From IMG/VR virus record IMGVR_UViG_3300005573_000085: a stretch of DNA of 64,000 nt. One strand, 5' to 3'. The notes under the pieces were generated by a model that did not search any database, had not been told where the DNA came from, and saw nothing but the letters and a program-made list of their open reading frames with translations. Of this stretch, positions 44,849 through 54,056 are shown in pieces. The stretch comes from a virus. Position 1 is the first letter of the stretch, and each line of letters begins with the position of its first letter. The position numbers and the translations under genes were made by a program.

Positions 44849-46272
44849 AGTTTCTGGTTGGCGTAAATGCGAAAGCCCGAATTGGCGATTCGGGTGACTT
44901 TATGATTTGCAAAATCGATGTGGCTGTGAACGAGAAGGAGCTGGCGGAACTGCTGAGCTATGACGTGATGCCTCTGTCATTGGAGGACGGTCTGGTCGAG
45001 GAGACGAAGTACTCCTCGAGATACAAGGTTGATCCCGCGGTAAGAACCGCGGCCCTGCAATCCATCGTTAATACGAAGGGGCTGGGAAAGGGCAGGATAT
45101 CCGATACGATATCCGTTCCGGGATATTGCCTGGTCGTGAAATCATATGCCGAGGTTAAGAAATACTATCCTCTTCCGAATACACTGCTGGATGAGCTGGA
45201 GCGAACGGGCTCCGATGAGCCACCCATCTATGCGTATCTCAAGGACGTGGGGATTATAAACAAGCACTTGGCCGCCCAAATAAAGGACAAGGCGCTTCCC
45301 GAGCTGTCGGAGGAGCAAATGTGGGAAATGCTCGTTCACCTTATCGGAGACGAGAACTCGCTGACATTCATATATGAGAAGTACAAGGACTATATCGAGA
45401 AGTACCATTCCAGCAGCCGTCTCCTGGAGATGCCGTATCACATAATGGACGAGGCCGAGTACAATGACAAGTTCGAGGACCTGAAGGTGTCGTTCCTGGG
45501 CGACATGGTTCTGGCGGCTCACAAGGCCGCGCCATCGACCAAGACGGCATACGCCTATCCGGTGCGCAAGGCTCCGTTTCTGTTCAAGATTGCATCATCC
45601 AATTACGAATACGATAAGTTCGTGGAGTGGACATCCCCCGGCAATGTGACTCTGTATCCGGAAGGCAAGGATATGAAGGCGAAGGAGCTGCCTTTTGATC
45701 CGAGCGTCAAGGCCGAATTCGACAGAATGAACAAGGATAACGGAGGCGGCAACCAGTCCGCTCAAACCGAACGTTTGCTGGAGATTGAAAACGTTAGTAA
45801 TTATTACCTGCGGAATAGGGGCATAAGCGTTGTCATCGGGGTGGCCTCCATCCCTCCGGGGCTAAGATTTATCATGAACGAGCTGCCTATGACAACGGAG
45901 GTCCTGACAAACATAGCCAAGGATAACGACATTTCCGGGACAAGCTCGTTAAAGAAGCACGAGCTGCTGGAAAGGATTGTCGAGGAACTGCCGGAATTTG
46001 AATCCCCGTTAGTGGGGTACGTTAACACATCGCCTGACGCCTTTGACACATTCGCTCCGGAAATTTCGGATATGGACAACCTCCGGCTTAGACTTAGGTA
46101 CGTCTCCAGAACTACGCAGCGTAGTTCCGATCAGGGAGGGGTTGTTTCCGGATTTCTCAGACCGCTTACGGAAAGGATATCATTGGAGCACTCCTACGGG
46201 AGCCAGTTATTGTCGGTAATACCAAGCTGGGATTCCGAGGAGAACATAGCTCCATCGGTGTATCTGAAATGA
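44845..46272 (+). CDS. large hypothetical protein with Rho-N/HeH-like nucleic-acid-binding motif
   Basis: L..IAK...ISG.SSLKK.ELLERI near the C-terminus. Confidence 0.65.
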   Translation: MKFLVGVNAKARIGDSGDFMICKIDVAVNEKELAELLSYDVMPLSLEDGLVEETKYSSRYKVDPAVRTAALQSIVNTKGLGKGRISDTISVPGYCLVVKSYAEVKKYYPLPNTLLDELERTGSDEPPIYAYLKDVGIINKHLAAQIKDKALPELSEEQMWEMLVHLIGDENSLTFIYEKYKDYIEKYHSSSRLLEMPYHIMDEAEYNDKFEDLKVSFLGDMVLAAHKAAPSTKTAYAYPVRKAPFLFKIASSNYEYDKFVEWTSPGNVTLYPEGKDMKAKELPFDPSVKAEFDRMNKDNGGGNQSAQTERLLEIENVSNYYLRNRGISVVIGVASIPPGLRFIMNELPMTTEVLTNIAKDNDISGTSSLKKHELLERIVEELPEFESPLVGYVNTSPDAFDTFAPEISDMDNLRLRLRYVSRTTQRSSDQGGVVSGFLRPLTERISLEHSYGSQLLSVIPSWDSEENIAPSVYLK

Positions 46273-46511
46273 AACCAGCGACCAAGGAACTCTACCTTAA
46301 AATAAGGAAAATGTCAAAGTCTCGCAAGTTCTCAAGGACGCTTCCTCTTTTGGAGGCGTCCTTCGCATTGATTTATTTGTTCGAGGAAATTGAGGAAAGC
46401 GATCTCGTTAACCGAACGAAAAACGTGATAAGGACTTTTCTAAACGGCAGAAAAGGCGCTCCCGAAAGCGAAACTTTAACGATAGAGGCTGAAAAGGATG
46501 AAGCGCAATAA
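46269..46511 (+). CDS. small hypothetical protein
   Basis: ATGA coupling, 80 aa. Confidence 0.55.
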   Translation: MKPATKELYLKIRKMSKSRKFSRTLPLLEASFALIYLFEEIEESDLVNRTKNVIRTFLNGRKGAPESETLTIEAEKDEAQ

Positions 46512-46773
46512 GAAGATCCTAAGGGTGGAGAGAGAATTAAGAAGCGTAATCAGCGCCATGGGGGACTACTCGCACCACGGACTTGGCCGAAGGCTTACGT
46601 CAAGGGTGAGAATGGTTATCATATCCCTTGCCGAAAGGGAGATCCTACGCCTGAGGCTTACGCAAAGACAAAGGGACGCCATAATAAGGACGGGCATACT
46701 GCCTAAAAAGTACTGGGACATATACGTGGAGCCATCCAATACTAAGGAGGGGTTGGACGGAGATGGAATATAG
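46498..46773 (+). CDS. small basic hypothetical protein
   Basis: 91 aa, coupled. Confidence 0.55.
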   Translation: MKRNKKILRVERELRSVISAMGDYSHHGLGRRLTSRVRMVIISLAEREILRLRLTQRQRDAIIRTGILPKKYWDIYVEPSNTKEGLDGDGI

Positions 46774-46789
46774 AAAGGAAGCGTCAAGC

Positions 46790-47938
46790 ATGGATACATT
46801 CACTACTGCAACTTGCAAGGCGCCTATGACGCCAATATACGATACGGAAACGCTAAAAGCCAAAATGAAAAACGGCAAACTGAAATACTGGACGGGTCAT
46901 ATAGGGATTGAGAATGGAGTTTATTACACGTTCTCATCATACTGGCATGACACCGGAAGGGGGACCTCGGTGATTCAATATAGCGCGCCTTACGAGGTCA
47001 AGGCGGTCAATGTCGGGAAGGCCAACGAGAGAAGGGGTTATGACCAGGCCATGCTCATGATAACCTCGGACTTTAACAATCAGATTTCGAAGGGGTATTT
47101 CGTCAACGATGAGAGCGAGGCGCCACTTCTTCCGATGCTGGCGAAGACTTACGCCCCGGGCAAGTGCGAATTTCCCGCGATAGCCCAGGCGAAGATAGAT
47201 GGTATGAGAGCCATATGGAAAGACGGCAAGTTCATCAGTCGACTGGGCAAGGAAATCCTTCCCGAAGTCACGGAGCATATCCGCCCCTCCGGTGATTTCA
47301 TATTGGATGGCGAGCTATGCCTTCCAACGGAATACGGATTTCAGGATACGATGAAAGCGGCTAAGAAAAAGTGCGACCTGTCCTCGAAGCTTGTCTACCA
47401 CATATTCGATATCATAGATCCAAATATGAAAATGGAGGATAGGATGGCCGTCCTAAGGACGAATTATATGGCGGCCTCTGGAAACCGATTAAACGCTATA
47501 GCGCCTTCCAGCATACCCGGTGCGGTCATTGTCAACGGCTTTGAGGCGGGAAGTCACGAGGAGCTTATGAAGCTTCATGACACTTTCGTCAGTGACGGGT
47601 ACGAGGGAGTGATGATCCGAAAGCGTGGCGCCATGTACGAGATCGGAAGACGGTCCGCAGGATTACTCAAGTACAAGACGTTTATTGATAGTGAATTTGT
47701 CGTTGTCGGCATAAGGGAGGGCGAGGGCAAGGAAAAGGGACTGGCGTTGCTCCAATGCGTGACCAAGGAAGGCGCGCCCTTCGACTGCAGACCGAAGGGA
47801 ACCGATGAATATAGAAGGGAGTTATGGCTGAACAGGGACGCCTATATTGGCGCGAAGGTTACGGTGAGATATCAAAAGCCGCTCGACACCAACATACCGC
47901 GATTTCCGAGAGCCATCGGATTCAGGGAGGATGTATGA
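46790..47938 (+). CDS. lig: ATP-dependent DNA ligase
   Basis: PMLA, AKIDGMR (KxDG), LDGEL, YHIFD, YEGVMIR, LLKYK, VTVRYQ, PRFP. Confidence 0.92.
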   Translation: MDTFTTATCKAPMTPIYDTETLKAKMKNGKLKYWTGHIGIENGVYYTFSSYWHDTGRGTSVIQYSAPYEVKAVNVGKANERRGYDQAMLMITSDFNNQISKGYFVNDESEAPLLPMLAKTYAPGKCEFPAIAQAKIDGMRAIWKDGKFISRLGKEILPEVTEHIRPSGDFILDGELCLPTEYGFQDTMKAAKKKCDLSSKLVYHIFDIIDPNMKMEDRMAVLRTNYMAASGNRLNAIAPSSIPGAVIVNGFEAGSHEELMKLHDTFVSDGYEGVMIRKRGAMYEIGRRSAGLLKYKTFIDSEFVVVGIREGEGKEKGLALLQCVTKEGAPFDCRPKGTDEYRRELWLNRDAYIGAKVTVRYQKPLDTNIPRFPRAIGFREDV

Positions 47939-48138
47939 CAAGAGACTATGGAAGCCCCCTCTTTGACTGGAGCCCCGAAGGGAGCTTCCATCTGGGGGAA
48001 AGACGCGATAAATCACCGGTTATTCACTTATGCGTCTGCGGACGACCGCTGACCGGTGAGTACGCTTATCTTGGCGTTTGCGAAATATGTTTGGAGGAAA
48101 GTTTCCGAGAGGAGCCTCCGGGAAAGGACAAGAGGTGA
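47935..48138 (+). CDS. small zinc-binding protein
   Basis: CVCGRPLT...GVCEIC. Confidence 0.6.
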   Translation: MTRDYGSPLFDWSPEGSFHLGERRDKSPVIHLCVCGRPLTGEYAYLGVCEICLEESFREEPPGKDKR

Positions 48139-48918
48139 ATGAAGAACGGATACGTGATTTATGAAGGGCCCTCCATGATTGACGGAGGGCCCATAGTCGC
48201 GATAGCGACCGGGTTCGTTAACAAGAGCAGGAACATAAAAACGGGACGTATCGTTCAGACCTTTATCATGAGGTCCGACAAGGAACCCATCCCCGCTGCG
48301 GACGAGGGGTTGGATTATTCGGTGTGCGGTGACTGCCCGCACAGACCGGTGAACATGCACAGTTGCTACGTGCAGCTGATCTGGTCTCCGACCATGGTTT
48401 GGCGGTCGTGGAAAAGAGGAATTTACGACTACGCCCCACCGGATGAGCTGACGGAGCTGGCTAAAGGAGCCTCCGTGAGACTCGGGTCCTATGGCGACCC
48501 AACGGCAATTCCCTATGGAATAGTCGAGAGTTTCGTTCGGGAGGCTATAATGAGAGTGGGATATACGCATCAATGGAGAACATGCGATCAGAGATTCAAG
48601 TTCCTTTGCATGGCGTCCGTTGACAACATAAGCGAGGTAAGTCTCGCCAGAGACATGGGTTGGAGATATTTCAGAGTTACGGAGTCCCTGGAAACCAAAT
48701 TAAAAAACGAAGTTGTCTGCCCGGCATCCGCTGAAAGAAATCATTCCACGACCTGCGAGAAATGCAAGGCGTGCGGTGGCGCGGACGGAAGACACAGCAA
48801 TATTGTGATAAAGGTTCACGGATCAAGGAAGGGTCTGTTTGCAAGTCCCGAGGGGAATGGAACTTCCGTCAGAGCCTTTCAGGATATGTCGGAATTAGTA
48901 GGTTCGGGGGAAAAATAA
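48139..48918 (+). CDS. Cys-rich gp88-like protein (putative Fe-S, radical-SAM-related)
   Basis: Y.GPS.IDG.PIV, N.KTG..VQT, CGDCPHR..CYV, RLG.YGDP, GYTHQW, CMASVD, CP...TC..C..C. Confidence 0.6.
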   Translation: MKNGYVIYEGPSMIDGGPIVAIATGFVNKSRNIKTGRIVQTFIMRSDKEPIPAADEGLDYSVCGDCPHRPVNMHSCYVQLIWSPTMVWRSWKRGIYDYAPPDELTELAKGASVRLGSYGDPTAIPYGIVESFVREAIMRVGYTHQWRTCDQRFKFLCMASVDNISEVSLARDMGWRYFRVTESLETKLKNEVVCPASAERNHSTTCEKCKACGGADGRHSNIVIKVHGSRKGLFASPEGNGTSVRAFQDMSELVGSGEK

Positions 48919-48919
48919 A

Positions 48920-49111
48920 TTGGAAAAAGTTCCATATGAAAAAATTAAAGCGGGTCAGAAACTGACACCGGGGGAGTGGGCGGAGTTGATGAGGCTTCCC
49001 ATGTCCGAACGGAGACGGATTCTGGCTGAGCAGGCGGACAAAATCGCCTCATATTACGAAGAGGATACGGAGTGGCGTGAGTTACAGGAAGGAGACGTGA
49101 TTGAATTATGA
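48920..49111 (+). CDS. small hypothetical protein
   Basis: 63 aa, coupled to next gene. Confidence 0.5.
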   Translation: MEKVPYEKIKAGQKLTPGEWAELMRLPMSERRRILAEQADKIASYYEEDTEWRELQEGDVIEL

Positions 49112-49524
49112 AAACCTGGGAAAGAGCCGAAAGAAAAATAGCGGTGGGGGTGCGCGGAAGAAGAACTCCCGGGTCTGGAAACGGTAATATAAAAGGGGAT
49201 GTCATTACGAGGGAGTGGTGCATTGAAGTGAAGGAAACGAGCCGCCAGCCGATGATTTTTCATTTCAACTGGCTGAGAAAGGCGGCCCTGGAGGCGAGCA
49301 GAATGAGACGTAAACCCGCTCTTGTTGTTGAGCTTCATGACGGTTCGAATCTTTGCTTCGTGCCAACCGATGAGGAAGCCAACAAGACGGTGAGCGGCAA
49401 GTTTACAATGTCCCTGAACCGTGGCGATCTCTCCCCCGGTGATGTTATAAGCGTGAGCAGTTTGAATTGGAAGGTGCTGGATCTATCGGAGTTCGAGGAG
49501 GTGATGGACGGAATCAATGAATAA
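49108..49524 (+). CDS. Hjc-like PD-(D/E)xK Holliday junction resolvase
   Basis: WE.AER..A....GRRTPGSG....KGDV.....IEVK.T. Confidence 0.75.
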   Translation: MKTWERAERKIAVGVRGRRTPGSGNGNIKGDVITREWCIEVKETSRQPMIFHFNWLRKAALEASRMRRKPALVVELHDGSNLCFVPTDEEANKTVSGKFTMSLNRGDLSPGDVISVSSLNWKVLDLSEFEEVMDGINE

Positions 49525-50218
49525 TAACACCGGGAGGAACCCTGATATGAGCTGGATGATGGATTATGACACATTTGTTGAATATTTGAAAACCGAGGAG
49601 GGCATAAGCGTGGTCTCCGATGTCGTGTGGAACTCCTCGCCAAGGGACTACGAATGGAACCCTCCCAGGATTGAATCTTCAAGGTGCACCAGAACCCTCG
49701 AAGAGGTCGGGATAATAACCAATCAGTTTCAGTATTGCCACGGGGCGCTGGAGGACTTTAGGAGAAGGTTCGCGCTATTCCAGGCTGAAAGAGGACTAAA
49801 TATGGATATAAGGATAAAGTCCGTGGATGAAATCCCCGTTAGGATAAAGGACAGGGCCGTGAAGGAGGACCTGTCTCAAAAGGATCTGGATGATCTAATG
49901 TTCGATGTCATAGAAAAACTTAGAATTCCGGAAATCCCTGCTCTCTTTCTCAACCTGTCCTTTCCCATGCACTTTCCTCTTGACAGAACCCTGAAAAGCG
50001 TAATCTCATCCTTTCCCACGCTATACGAGTATTGTCTGTATCCCGATGATGTCGAGGCCAGCTGCATGAGGAACCAAGTCTCTTCAAACACCGCAAGGCA
50101 CCTTAAGAAGGCGGCTGAGATGGTGGGGGTGGTTCTTGTAAGATTAAAGGAGGAGGAAAGAGAGGCGGATAAATGGTTTCAGGAATGGAGCTCATCGAAT
50201 CCCTGGCAAGAAGGCTAG
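49517..50218 (+). CDS. hypothetical protein
   Basis: 233 aa. Confidence 0.65.
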   Translation: MNNNTGRNPDMSWMMDYDTFVEYLKTEEGISVVSDVVWNSSPRDYEWNPPRIESSRCTRTLEEVGIITNQFQYCHGALEDFRRRFALFQAERGLNMDIRIKSVDEIPVRIKDRAVKEDLSQKDLDDLMFDVIEKLRIPEIPALFLNLSFPMHFPLDRTLKSVISSFPTLYEYCLYPDDVEASCMRNQVSSNTARHLKKAAEMVGVVLVRLKEEEREADKWFQEWSSSNPWQEG

Positions 50219-51237
50219 GTCCGTATGAAAGAGAATCCGCGTCAAAGTACAAGTTTAATTGTCCCGTTTGCGGGGGCGCTCAAACCCTGCACATAAACCC
50301 TAAAAAAGATGGTGGTCCTGGCATATGCATAGGATGCGGCTTAAGAACAAATTCTGTCGCAATCCTCCATCTTAAGGGAAAGGACGCTAAAATAGCCGTG
50401 CGCGAAAAGCCTAAAGTCGATATCGATTGGGAGGACGTATCGCGTATTTGTCAGTTCCTAGTGGACAACGCATCCCTGCGCCCGGTCCATGAGAAATGGC
50501 TGTCGAGCAGGGGAATAAGGAGCAACCTCTCCTCACGACCTAGGATAAACTCCATGCTGGTCAGATCAAGCGACAAGGCTTTTCATCTGTTGCTGGATAA
50601 TTTTCCCGTTGAAAAACTGGTCAGGTGCGGGTTCTGCATAATGAGAGATGGCGAAACTCCAAGGGCACCTGGCTTTCTTACGCCAAACAGAATACTAATA
50701 CCTTACTTTGACGTAAACGCCAAGCCCGTGTATATGAGAAGCCGATACGCAGGCTCCGCTGGAACGCTGAGGTATCTGGCCCCTCCCAATCTGCCGGGCT
50801 CCGGATTCTCATGGGGGTGGGAGACCATACTCCCGGGATCCGAGTATGTTATCATAACCGAGGGGGAGTTAAAAGCCCAGGCCGCCAAGCAGTTGGGCTT
50901 TCCATGCGTGGCCCTTCCAGGCATGCATGCCGGCTATGTCAGCATGGCCGAATCCTGCGGAGCCAAAGGCGTAAAAAAGGCGTATGTCATATTCGATACG
51001 GAAACCGATACATACTCCAATGGCGAGCTTAAGATGCAGGGGGTGAGAGCGTCTGCGGAGGCTCTGCAAAATACGTTACTTGAGTATGGAATCAAGTCCG
51101 TACTCTGCGAGTTGCCCGCGCTTAACAAGGGCAAGACCGATCTGGACGGGTTCATACTGACACGAAGGTCCGAATCAATCAGGGACCTGATTATGTTGAT
51201 GATATCATCCGACAGGAGTCCCGTTGGCCCACCCTGA
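50185..51237 (+). CDS. DNA primase (Zn finger + DUF3854-type TOPRIM)
   Basis: CPVC...CIGC; RILIPY; ITEGELKA, VALPG, VIFD.E, DLDGF. Confidence 0.82.
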   Translation: MELIESLARRLGPYERESASKYKFNCPVCGGAQTLHINPKKDGGPGICIGCGLRTNSVAILHLKGKDAKIAVREKPKVDIDWEDVSRICQFLVDNASLRPVHEKWLSSRGIRSNLSSRPRINSMLVRSSDKAFHLLLDNFPVEKLVRCGFCIMRDGETPRAPGFLTPNRILIPYFDVNAKPVYMRSRYAGSAGTLRYLAPPNLPGSGFSWGWETILPGSEYVIITEGELKAQAAKQLGFPCVALPGMHAGYVSMAESCGAKGVKKAYVIFDTETDTYSNGELKMQGVRASAEALQNTLLEYGIKSVLCELPALNKGKTDLDGFILTRRSESIRDLIMLMISSDRSPVGPP

Positions 51238-51490
51238 TAGTTTCTATGAGGGCCTTATTAGAATGCTGGAAAGGCGATCGGACAACGCCAATCTCATGGA
51301 GTGCCGGACAAATCCGGCCATGAGAAAAGTTGTCGAACTGTGCCAGGAAAGCTTTATCGAGGAAGGGTTCAACGCCAGACTTCTTCCAAAGGTCAAGGCC
51401 CTCAAAAGGCTGGCCTTCTTTAACAAGGCCGACAATGTCAACCCGTTCGGATTAAGAGGCTCGAGAAGAAAGGCGACAAGGGGACCCTGA
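51224..51490 (+). CDS. small hypothetical protein
   Basis: Last + strand ORF before the strand switch. Confidence 0.5.
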   Translation: MAHPDSFYEGLIRMLERRSDNANLMECRTNPAMRKVVELCQESFIEEGFNARLLPKVKALKRLAFFNKADNVNPFGLRGSRRKATRGP

Positions 51491-51509
51491 CGGTCTCCTT
51501 GTCCTCCTT

Positions 51510-51544
51510 AAAAAAGCGGAAGCCGCCTTTCGGTGGCTTCGCTT
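51510..51544 (-). terminator. intrinsic terminator at the convergent strand junction
   Basis: On - strand AAGCGAAGCCACC-GAAA-GGCGGCTTCCGCTT followed by T run. Confidence 0.85.
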
Positions 51545-51557
51545 ACTTCCATAATAA

Positions 51558-52733
51558 TCACTTCACTTTTGCTTTGGCTCCGTACTTCTTCTTAAGGCTT
51601 TTTACAGGTTCGTGCATTACACCGGGGCCAGGGACCAGGTCGGGCATTCCCAGGTTTTTCATTTCTTGTTTGATTGATTCCAAATCCACGTTATCGGGAT
51701 AGCACTGCCACCTGAAAGGGCAGTATCCGCAAGGGCTTTTGTTTTCGGTGAATCCGTAGTCCCTCGGAGGAAGGGTGTTGGCGTCCACGTATTCGTATAT
51801 GGAGACTATCTTTTCATTTATAATTGATAGAACCTCTTTCCTTACGGGGTACTCGAACACTTTGACAGGCAGGTTCAGCAGGCTTTCCCTGTTCTCATAT
51901 TCGTTCGAGTCGACATCCTTGCCTACGTATATGAAGATTATTGAATCAATACCCAGGTAATCGGCATACAGACTGGCCTGAAGTATGTGCTCCGACTTGG
52001 GCTCCGTTAAGGCCCCGTACGAACCCATGGAGTTCCCGGCCATAAGAACCGTTATCAGCTCCTCCCCGTTATCGGTGTTCAGCTTGTACACCGGATGGGA
52101 TTTCACACCGTACTTGGAGCTAACCTCTCTTGAGTGCTGAAACCTGGAAAGCTTGCGGGACATTCCACCGGAGGTTGTACGCTCCCACGCCAGATTTATA
52201 AACTCGGGCGGATTGTCCTCCTCTCTGATTCTATGCTTTCCTCCGTCCCTTATCCCAAGAACCCAGAACCTGGGCTTGTCGGTTATGCTTTTTATCTCTA
52301 TGAGATAAGGTTTTCCCGAAGGGTCCGGGACATAGGAATTCAAACCGTCCCGGCCTGTTTTCCTAAGCGGAACGGTTACCGCATCACAATGCCCGATAAT
52401 ACGCCTTTCATGGTCTATTATGGGAATCTCGCATCCCGAAGTCTCCCCCTCCAACTGCTCCCAATCAAGAGACCCATCCGAAGCTAATTTAGTTTTAGCC
52501 TTTACCCATCCCAGCTTCACCAAGCCAAGCTGCAGCGTGTCATGCAATGCGTTACCCACGTCCAGTATGATGGCGGAATGCGCGCCCTCCGGCAGCCCCT
52601 GATATCCAAGAACCTGATAACCTATTCTGCGTCTGCACATGCCGATGGAAGACCCTCGAATGTACCTGTTATCCCTCCCGCTTGGCCCCTTGACCACCAT
52701 GGCCTTGGCTAACTGAATCTTTGTATCAACCAC
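51558..52733 (-). CDS. Cas4-like PD-(D/E)xK exonuclease with Fe-S cysteines
   Basis: SSIG.CRR, GNALH, GHCD, IEIKS, H.LQ..LY, CGYCPF...C. Confidence 0.85.
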   Translation of the reverse strand: MVDTKIQLAKAMVVKGPSGRDNRYIRGSSIGMCRRRIGYQVLGYQGLPEGAHSAIILDVGNALHDTLQLGLVKLGWVKAKTKLASDGSLDWEQLEGETSGCEIPIIDHERRIIGHCDAVTVPLRKTGRDGLNSYVPDPSGKPYLIEIKSITDKPRFWVLGIRDGGKHRIREEDNPPEFINLAWERTTSGGMSRKLSRFQHSREVSSKYGVKSHPVYKLNTDNGEELITVLMAGNSMGSYGALTEPKSEHILQASLYADYLGIDSIIFIYVGKDVDSNEYENRESLLNLPVKVFEYPVRKEVLSIINEKIVSIYEYVDANTLPPRDYGFTENKSPCGYCPFRWQCYPDNVDLESIKQEMKNLGMPDLVPGPGVMHEPVKSLKKKYGAKAKVK

Positions 52734-53397
52734 GCCTTTTCCTCTTTCCAAGGATGTAGTTTATGTTCCTTTCCCTTGCTAGAAGATCCTTTATAATCTC
52801 CTTCTCCTTTAGCAATTGAGTTGCGGTAAGATTTAGAAATCTGCAAATATGAACATCGGGAATATTATCGTGCCAGGCCATCTTTACCAACAGTCTTTGG
52901 CTTTCGCTTAACTTGCAAAAGCCGACACCGGAAGTGACACCGGACACCCAGTCCGCGTCTATGTCCACATCAGGTTCGGCCATTACGGGAAGCTCGTCCA
53001 GGGGATCCTCCATGAGAAGAGGCCTTATGTAGCTGTGAAGAACATACTTGTACGAGGTGTATATGTTATTGTGAAATCTGGCGGTTTCAAGAAGAGCGAT
53101 ATGACATATGTGAATTAGTTCGCTGGCTTCGTATTTTCTTAGCCTTCTCTTGATTATGTCCGCTGTGAAATTCAGGTCCTTGCTTCCGCAGGTCGAGATG
53201 AATTTCACCGTGTCAGAGTCGTTCGGGTTGTAACTACCGCTAAAGAACAGCTTCAGATACTTCCCCATCAAGGCCTTGAAGGCCTTTAGCAGCTCCTCGG
53301 CAGCCTCCATGTCGCCATCCCTGTACCTGGCGATCAAGTCATTTATTTCCTTGGATGATAATCCTCCCTTAAGAGGAGGCTTGTTATCTCTTATCAT
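52726..53397 (-). CDS. second, divergent sigma-factor-like protein
   Basis: LI..YR.GD.EAAEELL..F..L..KY (regions 1.2/2); LS..QR.L....I..FL (region 4). Confidence 0.65.
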   Translation of the reverse strand: MIRDNKPPLKGGLSSKEINDLIARYRDGDMEAAEELLKAFKALMGKYLKLFFSGSYNPNDSDTVKFISTCGSKDLNFTADIIKRRLRKYEASELIHICHIALLETARFHNNIYTSYKYVLHSYIRPLLMEDPLDELPVMAEPDVDIDADWVSGVTSGVGFCKLSESQRLLVKMAWHDNIPDVHICRFLNLTATQLLKEKEIIKDLLARERNINYILGKRKRRG

Positions 53398-53522
53398 AGC
53401 GCTTATATCCTCCTCTTAAGCCTATGCGCCAGGGCCGCCTCAGCTTTCAATGATATTTCGTTCATAACCCCTCTTTGACGAGCTATTCGTAACTTGCAAC
53501 CCGGGAAAGCCGATATCAATCC

Positions 53523-53693
53523 CTAAAACTCGTCATAATCCTGCGTTCTTCTTAAGGAAACTCGTTTAATCGGTTTCTTTTTCGTCTTTGACGGTCTCCT
53601 TTCAGACTTTCTCCTGCGTTGAACCTCCCTCATGTTCTCCTTCATTTCCTCGCTGTCGGACAGCTCAGCCCAAAACTCCTCGTTCTCTCTCAT
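53523..53693 (-). CDS. small charged hypothetical protein (56 aa, below ORF-track cutoff)
   Basis: GGAGGAG RBS; MRENEEFWAEL...QDYDEF. Confidence 0.55.
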   Translation of the reverse strand: MRENEEFWAELSDSEEMKENMREVQRRRKSERRPSKTKKKPIKRVSLRRTQDYDEF

Positions 53694-53702
53694 CGCCAGT
53701 CT

Positions 53703-54056
53703 CTACTCCTCCTTGATTTTGGATATCCTTCCGAGGCCCCTCGGGTCCTCCATATTCTCCCACTTCTCCCACTCCTTGCTGTAGGCTATGGAAGCCGACA
53801 TTACACCGGGGCGCTGGTCGGGATGAAACATGGGGGCGCGGAATCTCATTTCAAGGTATTTCTTTTTGAACTGTATTAAATCAGTGTGCTTGCAGATAAG
53901 ATTGGGCGGCTTTCTGGCTTCGCACCAGACGCACTCCTGGGAGTGCGGATCGTAATTGGTGCATCCCAGGCAGCACTCACAGGCGTGAAACGAGGGGCAT
54001 CTTGCGCTAAGATGGGTGGGGTAGTTTTCACCCCTGAATGCGGGAGGGGTGTCCAT
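53703..54056 (-). CDS. Cys-rich hypothetical protein
   Basis: CP..H.CECC.GC...C.WC...C.H. Confidence 0.65.
   Translation of the reverse strand: MDTPPAFRGENYPTHLSARCPSFHACECCLGCTNYDPHSQECVWCEARKPPNLICKHTDLIQFKKKYLEMRFRAPMFHPDQRPGVMSASIAYSKEWEKWENMEDPRGLGRISKIKEE

Noticed and set aside
53430-53537. RVLGIDIGF on the - strand, resembling the RuvC N-terminal motif
   Set aside because: No in-frame start, only about 30 codons, and no further RuvC motifs; at most a relic and possibly chance.
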